Notes: generated from the sequence alone by a model not told the origin. A stretch of 64,000 bases of DNA from an uncultured Verrucomicrobiae bacterium (GCA_963837955.1 CAWIPH010000002.1:96001-160000); one strand, 5' to 3'. Numbered from the stretch's first letter, positions 8,508 through 19,222 are shown. Translations and numbers: made by a program.

Positions 8508-10625
8508 CTACTCCCCCACAGGTAGCAAACTGACTTCCGGTGTGCGCACGACCAGCTCCCGGAAATCATTGTGCAGCGCCGCATCTTTGCGAACGAAGAA
8601 CGTATCAAACTTGACCCGAATGTGCACCATTTGTTCCGCGGGCAACCGGACTGAAGAAGCGTTTATTTCGATCTGGTATTGGTTTCCCAGGCGCTGAAAG
8701 ATCGCAGGTATCTGGGGCGATTCATCCGGCGGCTCCAGACCGGCCGTCACAGCGGGTACTTTCTGCAGCGCGGAAAAATCGGCCGCTCCTTTCAGTCGAA
8801 TCAACGGAAACCGCTCCAAATCGCTGCGTTTGACTTCAATCAGAACTCCTTGGCTTGTAATCCAATCACCGGATACATCGCGCAGCTGAGCACTTGGCCG
8901 GACGTAAACCGTAGCGGTATAGGGATAGGAGGTATTGAACCGTTGAGTTTTGGCCACCACCAAATGCTTGTCGGCCCAGGCGTTTAAGTCCGTCCAATAT
9001 GTCGCAACCGTCCGCGTAAAGGGAAAATTTCCGGGCGGACGGGTTGAGGTCAGAATGACAAAGTCGCTTTTCGCCAAGAGCTTCAATGCTTCCTCGCGTG
9101 ACGGCCCAAAAATGGACGAACCGAGCAAGCCGCGGAATTCTATGAATTGACCGGTTTTTTCGAATCCCAAAGTCGTAATCGTCGCAGCATTGAGTACGCC
9201 CGAGATGACATCGAGCGAGATCCCTGGACTTTTCCAGCGATATTCGTTGGCGTAGTTCACCAGCCATTGATTAAATTCAGCCATCTGGCTCAGGTGACCT
9301 CGGTCCTCGAACTCTGGCCAGTGACGACTAGACCGATTCAGTTGGTTGGATACACCCAACGCAAAAATCAACACTGCGCTCCCGGCAAAAAGCTTCGGTA
9401 GGGAAGCAGACTCGCGCTTGGGAAGGAGGACGCTGGCCAGGATAACAACAAGGAGTGCGATTGGAACGCCCACAATTCCGCCCACAATGGACGACTTCAA
9501 AATATCAAGGGTTAAGGCAAGAATCGGGCACACAATTACGCCGAGCAAAAAAGTGATCTGCAATAGGAAGGTTTCGCCATTCGTTTTTTGGCTGCTTTCC
9601 AACTCGTTTCCGGACTGACGGGCGCTGGGCCCGGCTGGCGCGACCGAATGGATCTTCGTCGTTCGACGGAGGAAGTGGGTGGCGGCGCCACCCGCGAGCG
9701 CAATTGCCAGTGCCCAGAGGAACGCTTGGCCCAAATGATCGTTAATAATCGATTTTGGATAAAAGAGGAGATGTCCGCCCAGGTCGTGGACGCCGAGGTC
9801 GATGGCGCGAATGTACTTCTCATCATTCAATACATGCCCGACAACATAGTAGTTCCAAATAGTGCCTGAATTGAGCAGAAGGATTGGACCGGCTAAAACA
9901 AACAGAGCGGCGCAGGAAAGTCCGAGATTTTTGAGTCGTTGCTGCACGCGGTTCCTCAGAGCCAAATCGCTCCGAGCAAAAAATCCGACGACGAAGCAGA
10001 CAACGGCGAATCCGGCAAGCACCCCTAACAGGTAGACGATGGTCAGAAATCGATGGAGCACTAGATAGGCGCCGATCAACCCGCAGCCGATGGCCCAACC
10101 CCGCTCGAGAAAAAGTTTCGATCGAAGGACGCTACAAGTCCAAATGCCATACAGGCAGTAGGCGGCGAAATCGATGCGAAAATCGAAGAGCCCACCCGCT
10201 TGCAACCAGGCTGTCGCTTGGCAAAGTATCAACCCGACCAGCAGGTATCCGCTAAACCGATTACCTGAGAGGGCTCGGGCGGAATAAAAGGCGACTACCT
10301 GCAGGGCAAAGAACAGAATAAGATTCACGCAGAGTTGCGGGAACCGCGCCCCACCGATAATAAGACCGGAAAGCGCTCCTTCGATCGGAAGAGCAACGCC
10401 GGTTGGATGCCCGGCACTCCAGACCGCCTTCCAGAGCTTGCCGAGGCCGTGCGCTAGGACATCTTCTTGCAAACCGTAGGCGCCCTCCAGGTAGTATGCC
10501 TGGTCGTAAAACAACGGAGGATACGAGGCCACCTCACGGTGATAAACGGTCGAGAAGAGCAGGGCCTCAAACGCAAATAGGCAGAATAATATTCCTCTAT
10601 CGAAATTGCGCTGACTAGAGATCAT
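8508..10625 (-). CDS. Polytopic membrane protein, GT-C (ArnT/PMT-like) glycosyltransferase candidate
   Basis: 705 aa; YDQAYY after the first TM segment, DFRIDF motif, about 11 hydrophobic segments and a soluble C-terminal domain; glycan-locus context. Confidence 0.6.
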   Translation of the reverse strand: MISSQRNFDRGILFCLFAFEALLFSTVYHREVASYPPLFYDQAYYLEGAYGLQEDVLAHGLGKLWKAVWSAGHPTGVALPIEGALSGLIIGGARFPQLCVNLILFFALQVVAFYSARALSGNRFSGYLLVGLILCQATAWLQAGGLFDFRIDFAAYCLYGIWTCSVLRSKLFLERGWAIGCGLIGAYLVLHRFLTIVYLLGVLAGFAVVCFVVGFFARSDLALRNRVQQRLKNLGLSCAALFVLAGPILLLNSGTIWNYYVVGHVLNDEKYIRAIDLGVHDLGGHLLFYPKSIINDHLGQAFLWALAIALAGGAATHFLRRTTKIHSVAPAGPSARQSGNELESSQKTNGETFLLQITFLLGVIVCPILALTLDILKSSIVGGIVGVPIALLVVILASVLLPKRESASLPKLFAGSAVLIFALGVSNQLNRSSRHWPEFEDRGHLSQMAEFNQWLVNYANEYRWKSPGISLDVISGVLNAATITTLGFEKTGQFIEFRGLLGSSIFGPSREEALKLLAKSDFVILTSTRPPGNFPFTRTVATYWTDLNAWADKHLVVAKTQRFNTSYPYTATVYVRPSAQLRDVSGDWITSQGVLIEVKRSDLERFPLIRLKGAADFSALQKVPAVTAGLEPPDESPQIPAIFQRLGNQYQIEINASSVRLPAEQMVHIRVKFDTFFVRKDAALHNDFRELVVRTPEVSLLPVGE

Positions 10626-11047
10626 CTCAGTTCTCGCGGTCCGGAAATGGGCTCACGCGAGATGCCGACACTGTCTGGCGGAAGATTGTTTCGGATAACG
10701 GCACCGACTCTCTTAGCGTATTTTTCTCCCCAATCGCAGACCGGTCCTAAGGCCTCTCTTAAATCTTCGCCATCCTTCGTAAGAGAATATTCAACCCGAG
10801 GAGGCACCTCCCGGAACACTCGCCGATTTACGATGCCGGCGGCCTCCAACTCCCGAAGTTGCTGGATAATCATTTTTTCCGTGGCATTCGGAATTGCTCG
10901 CCGCAACCTTCCGAACCGGCAAGGGCCGTTGGCGGCGTGGAGTTGGCACAAGATAATAGCCTTCCATTTTCCGCCGATTACCTCTTGGGCAGCCTCGACC
11001 GCACAACTAAAGACCGGTTTCGACCGATTGGTTCGTGTCGCCTTCAC
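10622..11047 (-). CDS. HxlR-family winged-helix regulator with N-terminal Cys
   Basis: CAVEAAQEVIGGKWK...RFGRLRR...QQLRELE..GIV.R..F.EVPPRVEYSLT. Confidence 0.93.
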   Translation of the reverse strand: MKATRTNRSKPVFSCAVEAAQEVIGGKWKAIILCQLHAANGPCRFGRLRRAIPNATEKMIIQQLRELEAAGIVNRRVFREVPPRVEYSLTKDGEDLREALGPVCDWGEKYAKRVGAVIRNNLPPDSVGISREPISGPRELR

Positions 11048-11060
11048 TTTCGTAGTGGTT

Positions 11061-11085
11061 AGTACCTAACAAAATAGTGGGTACT
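11061..11085. promoter_or_regulatory. Putative HxlR operator
   Basis: AGTACC-N13-GGTACT inverted repeat in the short divergent intergenic region. Confidence 0.5.
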
Positions 11086-11118
11086 TGTCCATGTATCTAC
11101 GCAGTTTATGGTCCGGCT

Positions 11119-11796
11119 ATGAAGATCGGTATCATTGGTTCCGGGAACATGGGTCGATCGTTTGGCATTGTATGGGCCGAGCTCGGCCATCAGGTGTTTT
11201 TTGGAGGTAGAGACCTCGAGCAAGCGCGCCGCGCAGCAGCCCTAACCGGCGGGAAGGCTCAATATGGCACCAACGATGAAGCAGCTAGTTTTGGCGACAT
11301 CCTGGTTTACTCGCTCCGCGGCGTTGCTCCGTCCGAGGCTCTGCAGCGAGTCGATTCCTTGGATAACAAGATCGTGATCGATCTGAATAACTCAGACATC
11401 CCAACAGACTTCGCTTACCAGCCGATCACGATTTCACATGCCGAGAATCTTCAGGAGAAAATTCCGCGAGCTCGGGTGGTGAAGGCATACAATACTATTC
11501 CTCAGGAGGTCATCGAACTTTCCCCGGACCGGATACGCCCATTCAAAGTAGCAGCATTTATTGCCGCTGATGATCAGAAGGCTAGAAACACTGTCCTCGA
11601 ATTGTCTCGAGAGCTGGGACTGGATCCTGTTGATTGCGGTCCTTTGCGGCGAGCCCGGCTTCTGGAAGGGTTAGCCGATTTTATCCGGTTCCTGATGATC
11701 GGCGGAGGAAGGCCCGATGGAAATTTCTCGATCGTTGATGTGCCCGACGTGGAAACTCCCCGGCTTGGCGGTCGACAGCCATCTAAACTACCTTAA
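11119..11796 (+). CDS. NADPH-dependent F420-reductase-like oxidoreductase (F420_oxidored family)
   Basis: MKIGIIGSGNMG, KIVIDLNN, ARVVKAYNT, DCGPLRRARLLE. Confidence 0.88.
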   Translation: MKIGIIGSGNMGRSFGIVWAELGHQVFFGGRDLEQARRAAALTGGKAQYGTNDEAASFGDILVYSLRGVAPSEALQRVDSLDNKIVIDLNNSDIPTDFAYQPITISHAENLQEKIPRARVVKAYNTIPQEVIELSPDRIRPFKVAAFIAADDQKARNTVLELSRELGLDPVDCGPLRRARLLEGLADFIRFLMIGGGRPDGNFSIVDVPDVETPRLGGRQPSKLP

Positions 11797-11799
11797 TGA

Positions 11800-12537
11800 G
11801 TGAATTTGGCCGAGAAGCTGCGGACCCATTGGACCATCTGGCAGCGCGTGGAAGATGTCTCAATCGGTAGACGTGAGATTCTCCTGACGTTCGATGACGG
11901 TCCACATCCGGAAATCACGGCGCGACTATTAGATGTATTGGAACAAGAGGATGTCCGCGCCGCCTTCTGCGTTTGTGGCAGATCTGTTCGCGTCGCGCCA
12001 GATCTAGTCCGCCGCATGGCGAACGATGGTCATTTGATCGTCAACCACGGTGACCTTCATCGGCCGCTCGCTCTCTTCTCGGAAGAAGCACTCCAAAAAG
12101 AGATCGGCGACTGCGATCGCGCGATCGCCGCTGCGATAAAAGGCTCCGCTTTTTGCACGGATTATTTTCGTCCCGCTTGCGGTTTGTGTACGCCCGTTGT
12201 GAAAAGGGTGCTCCTACAACTGAACAAGCGACTGCTGCCAATTACGCACTTTGGTTGGGATACCGATGTGACCCGGCATTCCTATCCGGATTGGATCGCT
12301 TTGACTTTGCGCGCAGCCCGGCGCGATCAAGGCGGGATCTTCGTCCTGCACGACCAGCGTCTCTATTTTTGGCTGGAATCGACCTATGATCCAGCCGATC
12401 GGGAAGGCGGCGCCTACCGCGGTTGGGTTCCGGACGCCGTATCCAGGTTGGTGAGGGATCTTCGTTCAGATGACTTCACGTTCCTGGATCCGCATGTTTG
12501 GAGTCGACGCCAGTTCTCGCAATCGAGTAGCGCCTAA
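11800..12537 (+). CDS. Polysaccharide deacetylase (NodB/CE4)
   Basis: LTFDDGPHP, GHLIVNHGDLH, YFRP, IFVLHD. Confidence 0.9.
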   Translation: MNLAEKLRTHWTIWQRVEDVSIGRREILLTFDDGPHPEITARLLDVLEQEDVRAAFCVCGRSVRVAPDLVRRMANDGHLIVNHGDLHRPLALFSEEALQKEIGDCDRAIAAAIKGSAFCTDYFRPACGLCTPVVKRVLLQLNKRLLPITHFGWDTDVTRHSYPDWIALTLRAARRDQGGIFVLHDQRLYFWLESTYDPADREGGAYRGWVPDAVSRLVRDLRSDDFTFLDPHVWSRRQFSQSSSA

Positions 12538-12581
12538 ATTGCGCGAACAGGGCTGGCCGCCCTGGTCTACCGCGAAACATG

Positions 12582-13379
12582 TTATTTCTCAGACTGCATC
12601 CGTCTCTGGTACACAAGTTCGAACGGTTCCGAGCTGACACTGATTTCTCCCCGGAATGGATTATCCATAGCACCCAGTAGAAAGATCAGTAGGCCAAGAA
12701 GCGCAGAGAGCATGACCGTCATCCAGAAGTGCATGCCTTGGCTCTTCATGTCGAAGAACCAGGTGACCGCGATGGTCAGGAAAGCTCCTGCAAATACGAT
12801 CGTCCATAGCGGACCGGGCAAACCTTGGCGCACGCTCTGCAATCTCCTACCTCGATATTCCGCTACGCGCTCAAAACCACGGTAGGCTTCCGCAAACAGC
12901 GCTTTCTGGCCTTCGGTTTGAGGTTCAAAGCTGATCAGGTGTGCCTGAAAACCTGTTAACAGGTTGCCCTCGCCCTCCGGGACAATCCCTCGCCGCTGTT
13001 GGGGCCAACCGACGTCGATCACTTGGCGGGTGTATTGCCGGAGGTCCGCCTGAAGTTCCGTGCGGTACGGTTCGGGAAAACTGCTGATATCTCTATACAG
13101 CACCCCAACACCCGCAGCCTCTTCGCCGACCCTGGTTTCTACGTCCGAAAAAGTTTGCCACGTCCCGACCGCGATCAAGCCCAGCGTGATCCCGTAAAAA
13201 ACGCAAACCGCTCCCAGGTAGAAGCCCACGACCTCATTGTGCGAATGTTCGCTGCCATGAATTCGCCGTACCCATTTCCGGGTGGCGAACAACCCAGCTA
13301 AACCGATCGCGATCGTGACAGCGATGGTCAAGACTCCAAAGAGCCAGTTTGGGAGGTCGTACACCCAATACATGTTCAT
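12582..13379 (-). CDS. DUF4239-like membrane protein
   Basis: Four hydrophobic segments; HNEVVGFY...YGITLGL...W..F, EAA...LYRD, MDNPFRGEISVS..PF. Confidence 0.75.
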   Translation of the reverse strand: MNMYWVYDLPNWLFGVLTIAVTIAIGLAGLFATRKWVRRIHGSEHSHNEVVGFYLGAVCVFYGITLGLIAVGTWQTFSDVETRVGEEAAGVGVLYRDISSFPEPYRTELQADLRQYTRQVIDVGWPQQRRGIVPEGEGNLLTGFQAHLISFEPQTEGQKALFAEAYRGFERVAEYRGRRLQSVRQGLPGPLWTIVFAGAFLTIAVTWFFDMKSQGMHFWMTVMLSALLGLLIFLLGAMDNPFRGEISVSSEPFELVYQRRMQSEK

Positions 13380-13534
13380 TGGCGAGAATCACTGTAGCAG
13401 TTTGTGAGAGCGAATGTCTTGAACATCCTAGCGATTGCTCGTCTTCAGAAATAGCGAGTCATGATTTATCCGGAACGCAAAATCCGGTTGAGCGGCGATG
13501 GAATCGCCACTAACCTCGAACCGTCCTGGGAGTT

Positions 13535-13607
13535 GCCGGCATAGCTCAGTTGGTAGAGCAGCTGATTTGTAATCAGCAGGTCGTCGGTTCGAACCCGACT
13601 GCCGGCT
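13535..13607 (+). tRNA. tRNA-Thr(TGT)
   Basis: GCCGGCA/TGCCGGC acceptor stem, TAGCTCAGTTGGTAGAGC D-arm, GCTGA-TTTGTAA-TCAGC anticodon arm, GGTTCGAACCC T-arm. Followed by CCCA rather than CCA. Confidence 0.97.
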
Positions 13608-13613
13608 CCCAAA

Positions 13614-13696
13614 CTTCGCCTCCTCGCCTAGGCTCGGAGAGGCTACGTTTGGCTAGCCACTTCGCTTCCTCGCCTTAGGCTCGGAGAGGCTACGTC
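13614..13696. repeat. Two direct copies of a ~35-bp REP-like unit just downstream of the tRNA
   Basis: cttcgc(c/t)tcctcgcc(t)taggctcggagaggctacgt twice; shares CTTCGCC...GGCTACG with the insert at about 49007-49038. Confidence 0.8.
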
Positions 13697-13890
13697 GCGG
13701 CGGGCTCCGGCTTTGGGACCCTGAGCGGCTCACGCAAAAGCGTTCGCCCTACCGATCGTGGGCGTTGTTCCAGACGCGGTTCGGAATCCGGCCATGCTAC
13801 CGCAGGTGACAACGGGAGTCGGTTAGTACTCTTGAAGGTCGCGGGAGTAAGTCGATCGGGAGTAATAAACCGATTGGTGCAAAATCTTTC

Positions 13891-13920
13891 TTGACGCGGC
13901 GGGTGGCGTGGTGATATAGT
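13891..13920 (+). promoter_or_regulatory. sigma70-type promoter upstream of the sigma factor gene
   Basis: TTGACG-18 nt-TATAGT with TGn extended -10. Confidence 0.65.
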
Positions 13921-13968
13921 TTACTGACCGGTCTACTTTTGACTGGTTCATATTGGAGGAGAACCTCG

Positions 13969-14871
13969 ATGACTAACAACCTGAAATCTGGACCTCTGGC
14001 GAATCGCACCGACGGAGCCGGTATGGCTGGTGAAGATTCAGATACGGGCATTAAGATTTACCTTCGGGAAATCGGACAGGTCCCGCTGCTAACCCCCCAA
14101 GAGGAGATTGATTTGGCCGCGCGCATCAAAAAGGGCGACCGAGAAGCGCGAGCACTTATGATCAAGGCCAATCTCCGCTTGGTCGTTAAGATTGCTCATG
14201 ATTACGCGAATTTGGGTTTGCCTTTGTTGGATCTGGTATCGGAAGGCAACATTGGGTTGATGAAGGCGGTCGAGCGATTCGATCCGGCAAAGGGCGGAAA
14301 GCTCAGTACCTACGGCTCTTGGTGGATCAAACAGTCGATCAAGCGAGCTTTGGCTAATCAGAGCAAGACGATCCGCTTGCCGGTTCACTTGGTGGACAAA
14401 ATTTCCAAGATGCGCCGGGTTTCGTTGCAGATGAGCGAAGAACTTGGCCGTGAACCAACTAACGACGAGTTAGCGGAAGAGATCGGTCTCTCCCGTAGCA
14501 AAGTTTCTCAATTAAAGACGGCCTCGATTCGACCCGCATCGTTGGACGCCCCCATCAGCGATGACGACTCGACTGAATTTGGTGAGGTCGTTGGGGATGA
14601 AGATGCGCAAACGCCCTTCGAGTTGCTCAGAGACAAGAACCTGCGCGACGAGGTAAGCGACTCGCTAGAGGTTCTTGAGGACCGGGAGCGCAAGATAATC
14701 TCCCAGCGGTTCGGCTTGGACGGTGGCAAACCGAAGACTCTCGAAGAAGTGGGTAAGAAGTTTGGGGTTACGCGAGAGCGAATCCGTCAGGTGCAGAATA
14801 TCGCCTTGGCGAAATTACGTCAGGCGCTGACTAAGAAAGAAACACCGATGATCGATTCTTCGGTCTCGTAA
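13969..14871 (+). CDS. RpoD/SigA-family sigma factor lacking region 1.1
   Basis: IYLREIG..PLLT..EE, ANLRLVVKIA, DLVSEGNIGLMKAVERFDP, WWIKQSIKRALANQSKTIRLPVH, TLEEVG..FGVTRERIRQ. Start may be ATG 14023. Confidence 0.95.
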   Translation: MTNNLKSGPLANRTDGAGMAGEDSDTGIKIYLREIGQVPLLTPQEEIDLAARIKKGDREARALMIKANLRLVVKIAHDYANLGLPLLDLVSEGNIGLMKAVERFDPAKGGKLSTYGSWWIKQSIKRALANQSKTIRLPVHLVDKISKMRRVSLQMSEELGREPTNDELAEEIGLSRSKVSQLKTASIRPASLDAPISDDDSTEFGEVVGDEDAQTPFELLRDKNLRDEVSDSLEVLEDRERKIISQRFGLDGGKPKTLEEVGKKFGVTRERIRQVQNIALAKLRQALTKKETPMIDSSVS

Positions 14872-14985
14872 CAAGACACCAGCTTCCAAAGGCAATTTGC
14901 GAGCCGCGTCGAGTGAGGGTTGGTAGGGCGAAATTTATTTGAGCCGGGAGCCCATGGGTTTCGCGGCTCCCAGGAACAGGAAACG

Positions 14986-16161
14986 TTAGGTGCGCTCCAC
15001 GCAGAGGGCGATACCCATCCCTCCACCAATGCACAGAGTTGCTAATCCCCGGTGTAAATCGCTTCGGCGCATCTCGTGCAGGAGAGTAACCAGAATTCGA
15101 GCTCCAGAGGCTCCAATCGGGTGACCGAGGGCAATGGCGCCACCGTTCACGTTTACCTTGGTCGGTTCCAATCGAAGCTCCCTAATGACTGCCAGCGATT
15201 GCACGGCGAAAGCTTCGTTTGCTTCGATCAGATCGATATCGGAAAGCTTCCATTCCGCTCGTTTGAGAGCGATGTGAACGGCCGGAACCGGACCGATACC
15301 CATGATGGCCGGATCGACGCCACAGGTTCCCCAGGACCGAATCGTAGCCAGGATTTCAATGCCGCGATCGATTGCCGCGGAACGTGACATGAGGGTCAGC
15401 GCGGCAGCTCCGTCATTGATACCGGACGAGTTTCCGGCGGTGACAGTGCCGTCGCGAGTGAAAGCAGGTCGCAGCTGACTGAGGCGATCCAAGGTCGTAT
15501 CCGGCCGAATTCCTTCGTCTTGATCGATCAACTTAGTTTTTCCGCGATCGGTCACAGGAACAGCGACAATCTCTTCGGCAAACTTGCCCTTAGCCTGAGC
15601 GTTCTGAGCGCGCTGTTGGGATTCCAAAGCGAAGGCGTCCTGTTCTGCACGGCTTATTTTCCATTGGGCAGCGATATTTTCGGCAGTTTGCCCCATATGG
15701 TAATCGTTGAACGCATCCCACAGGCCATCCTTTATCATCGTGTCGATTAGTTCGGAGTTTCCTAGCTTCGTACCTTTGCGGATATGCACGGCGTGCGGCG
15801 CCTGGCTCATCGATTCCTGGCCTCCCGCCAAGACGATCGCGCTATCCCCGACTCGAATAGATTGGAATCCGAGGGCGACGGCGCGGAGACCGGAACCGCA
15901 AACCTGATTGATCGTCATTGCCGGTCTTTCGACCGGAATCTTTGCCTGGACAGAGGCTTGCCGCGCCGGGTTTTGGCCTTCGGCCGCCGTCAATACCTGC
16001 CCCAAAACAACTTCCGAAACCTCTTCCGGACTAATCTGTGGCCGGGCAAGCGCTTCCTGGATAACTATCGCCCCGAGTTCGTGGGCAGAAAGACCGCTTA
16101 AACTGCCGTTCAAAGTGCCGATCGGGGTTCGAACAGCGCTAACAATGACAACCTCTTCCAT
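14986..16161 (-). CDS. Acetyl-CoA C-acetyltransferase (thiolase, PhbA/AtoB-like)
   Basis: NQVCGSGL catalytic Cys, EANEAFA, GGAIALGHPIGASG, LCIGGGMG. Confidence 0.96.
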   Translation of the reverse strand: MEEVVIVSAVRTPIGTLNGSLSGLSAHELGAIVIQEALARPQISPEEVSEVVLGQVLTAAEGQNPARQASVQAKIPVERPAMTINQVCGSGLRAVALGFQSIRVGDSAIVLAGGQESMSQAPHAVHIRKGTKLGNSELIDTMIKDGLWDAFNDYHMGQTAENIAAQWKISRAEQDAFALESQQRAQNAQAKGKFAEEIVAVPVTDRGKTKLIDQDEGIRPDTTLDRLSQLRPAFTRDGTVTAGNSSGINDGAAALTLMSRSAAIDRGIEILATIRSWGTCGVDPAIMGIGPVPAVHIALKRAEWKLSDIDLIEANEAFAVQSLAVIRELRLEPTKVNVNGGAIALGHPIGASGARILVTLLHEMRRSDLHRGLATLCIGGGMGIALCVERT

Positions 16162-16430
16162 AGTCACCAAACTCTTTTCCGTTTTCCGCTAAGTGTTACC
16201 CGCCTCACAGTTTCCTATTCCGTCCCCCGAATTCTAGATCCGAAATTCTATATTAAGTTAGACCGAGAATTCCTCGCTACCTCAGACGGTCGCAACTACC
16301 ATTTCAAATAGACCGCTTCGCCCCGGTCTTCAACGTGTAGCATCGCAAGTAACTCTGTTTCACTAAGTTGGGTACACGTTTTGGGCTTGTGAACGATCTA
16401 TAAATTTGAGAAACAGTTGACCCCTCAATT

Positions 16431-19167
16431 ATGAAAACATTCAACCGGCCAGCTGGCAATTTTTCCGCTGCCCTTCAGTGGCTGACCACTCGATGGTCTC
16501 CCCTGCTTTCTTCGCTCGGTACCTTGGTAAAGTTTCAGTTGCTGGTTTGTTTGTCGGTGTCGGGAGCCTTTGCCCAGACCAAATACAAAATCATTCATAT
16601 TCCCACTCCGACGGGATCGACGAGTTCGGCCTTGGGCCTAAACGAAAACGGTCAAGTTGTCGGGTATAGTTTCCAAGGGGATGACTATAAGACGTTTCTT
16701 TACGTTTATCCGAGCGGCAAAATCGGCGAGCTCGGATCGCTTGGTGGGAAATTGAAGGCAGCCTGTGCAATCAATAGTAGCGGCGCCGTCGCGGGCTATT
16801 GCCAGGACGGGAACGGGAATCTGCAAGCGTTTTCTTACACGGAAAATGGGGGAATGATCTCGCTTGGAACTTTCGAGGGCGGTGCTACAAGCGAAGCGTT
16901 CGGGATTAACGATAATGGCGAGATTGTCGGCGATAGCGCTACGGCGAACGTTGCGCACCGTCCGTTCTTGTATTCCGGGAATCTTCAGGATCTCGGTATC
17001 GGTGGAAACACGGCGGATGCGTTCGAAACGGCCTACGGAATCAGTAATAGCGAAATCATAGTCGGAAGATACGATTCGGGGAATGGCGTTTTCCACGCCT
17101 TTCAATATTCCAAACAGGAGCAGCTCAAAGATTTAGGTACTCTAGGGGGAAGCAATAGCGAAGCGTTGGCCGTTTCAAAGCGTACCAGTTCGCTGATCGT
17201 CGGAGACAGCGATACGGCCGATGGACCTACCCATGCCTGTGTTTGGAAGAACGGTAGTCCGAGCGACCTGGGCGTTTTGTCTGGATTCGACAAATCGAGT
17301 TATGCGCGTGCGGTGAATAATTCTAGCCACATAGTCGGGGATAGCGATAGCGACGACCAGAAACGCGCCTTTTTGTACGAGAACAACAATTTGTACGAGC
17401 TCGACCAGCTGGCAACTAATCTGGATGAGGCCGGTTTCACTTCGCTCGACATTGCCTACGGCATCAACGACAAAGGGTGGATCTGTGGATGTGGCACGAC
17501 CAAAGACGGCCAAACCCACGCATTTCTAGCCGTCCCGGTCGAAGGATCGACGCAGGCGCAGCCCCAGGGGCAGCCGGAGGCCCAGGGGGCGGTGCAGACA
17601 GCGGAGAGTAGCAGCTGCGATTGTCTCGATGTTTTTTACGACCAGCTTTCCTCCCATGGGGATTGGTGTGAATGCGGCAACTACGGCCATGTTTTCAGAC
17701 CGAGAGTTCCGCATGGCTGGCGGCCCTACTGCAATGGGCACTGGGTTTGGACCGACCGTGGCTGGTATTGGGACTCCGATGACGGGTTCGGGTGGGCCTG
17801 TTATCATTACGGCCGATGGATTCACGAGGAGGACTGCTGGTGTTGGGTGCCCGGTACGGAATGGGCCCCTGCCTGGGTTTCCTGGAGGACCGGGCCGGAG
17901 CATTGCGGCTGGGCGCCGCTCCCGCCAGATGCCGGTTTCGTTCCAGGGATTGGAATCGGTGGCTGGTGCGATCACGCCTACGGTCTGGGACCGGGAGCGT
18001 ATTTTTTCATCAGCATGTCGCATTTTACAGCACCAAACTACAACCCCTACATTCTGCCGCAGGCCCAGAACGTGACGATTATTAAGAACACGGTGAACGT
18101 CACGAATATCACCTACAATAAGACTGTTATTAATAATTTTGGGCCTTCGGTGGCAACGATCCAGCAAAAGACCGGCGCCGTAATCAAACCCGTTTCGTTG
18201 AGCTATCAGAGCGGCAAGACTCCTGGTTCGAGCATCAGCAACGGAGTGCTGAAAGTGACTGGACCTGGAACAAAACTAAACCCGGTCGCAACCAAGCTGC
18301 CCACGGCGACGATCAAGAACCCGAATCCGGTTGTTGATAAGGGCTGGAAAGGCGTCGATCCAAAAACCGCAACCGAACTGAAGACGAAGCTCGCCAAAGA
18401 GAATCCTACGCCGGCAAATCTCCCGAAACCGACCGTTACTCCGTTTGTGAAGGTCTTGAAAGGAGGCGTATCCCCCAGTCCGAAACCGGGTGCGACGGCC
18501 TTCGGAGCTGCTACTCCTCCTGGCGGTGTCAAAGCGTCGCCTACCGGGGTGGCGAAAGGGACCGGCTCGCCGGGTAAGGGTAAAGGATTCAATCCGGCTA
18601 ATCCAGGTGCCGGCGGGATCAAACCGCTTGGTTCGGCGACTCCGAAGCTAACCGGCACACCGCATGTGCCCGGCGCGAGCCCAACGCCTCACATCGGGAC
18701 CGTAGCGTCGCCAACCCCAACGGTGCATGCTGGTACGCCGACACCACATCCGTCAGGGCATTTGGGATCCCCGACGCCAAAAACTGAACATTTGGCTACC
18801 CCAACACCAAAAACAGAACACTTGGCTACCCCAACGGCGACACCACATCATGGCACGCCGGCGCCTGAGGTGCATCATGTCACGCCACATCCGACTGTGC
18901 ACGCTAGCGCTACGCCACACGCGACACCGCATGCGACTTCGAAAGGAGTTCTGCGTAAGAAGGAAGGCGGCACCGGTGGAGGCGGAGGAGGCGAGCAAAG
19001 GAGCCGGTACCCCGCATAACACCCAGCCGGTCTACCATCCTAGCGCGGCGGGAACAAACCTAGCGGTGGAGGGGGCGGAAATAAACCTAGCCGGTGGAGG
19101 TGGCGGAAATAAACCTGCCGGTGGAGGGGGAGGCAAACCGAAGCCGACTCCCACACCGAAAAAGTAG
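16431..19167 (+). CDS. Secreted HAF-repeat + DUF6600-like protein with Pro/Thr/His/Gly-rich tail (copy 1; indels near the 3' end)
   Basis: Signal peptide (GAFA-Q), repeated LGTLGG..SEA..IN..G.IVG.S.....HAF, then WRPY..GHW.WTD.GW...YHYGRW...WAPAWVSWR...GWAPLPP. The ORF stops at 19019, but the GGGGGNKP/KPTPTPKK tail runs to 19167 in shifted frames. Confidence 0.82.
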
Positions 19168-19188
19168 TACCAAAAAATCGTTTTAGGG

Positions 19189-19222
19189 AGAAAGCGCACT
19201 GGAATACCCGGTGCGCTTTTTT
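19189..19222 (+). terminator. Rho-independent terminator
   Basis: aaagcgcactgg-aatac-ccggtgcgc followed by tttttt, just after the stop at 19167. Confidence 0.8.

Noticed and set aside
13535..13800. Prophage or integrative element at tRNA-Thr
   Set aside because: No integrase, no phage genes, and no duplicated tRNA 3' end seen in the window.
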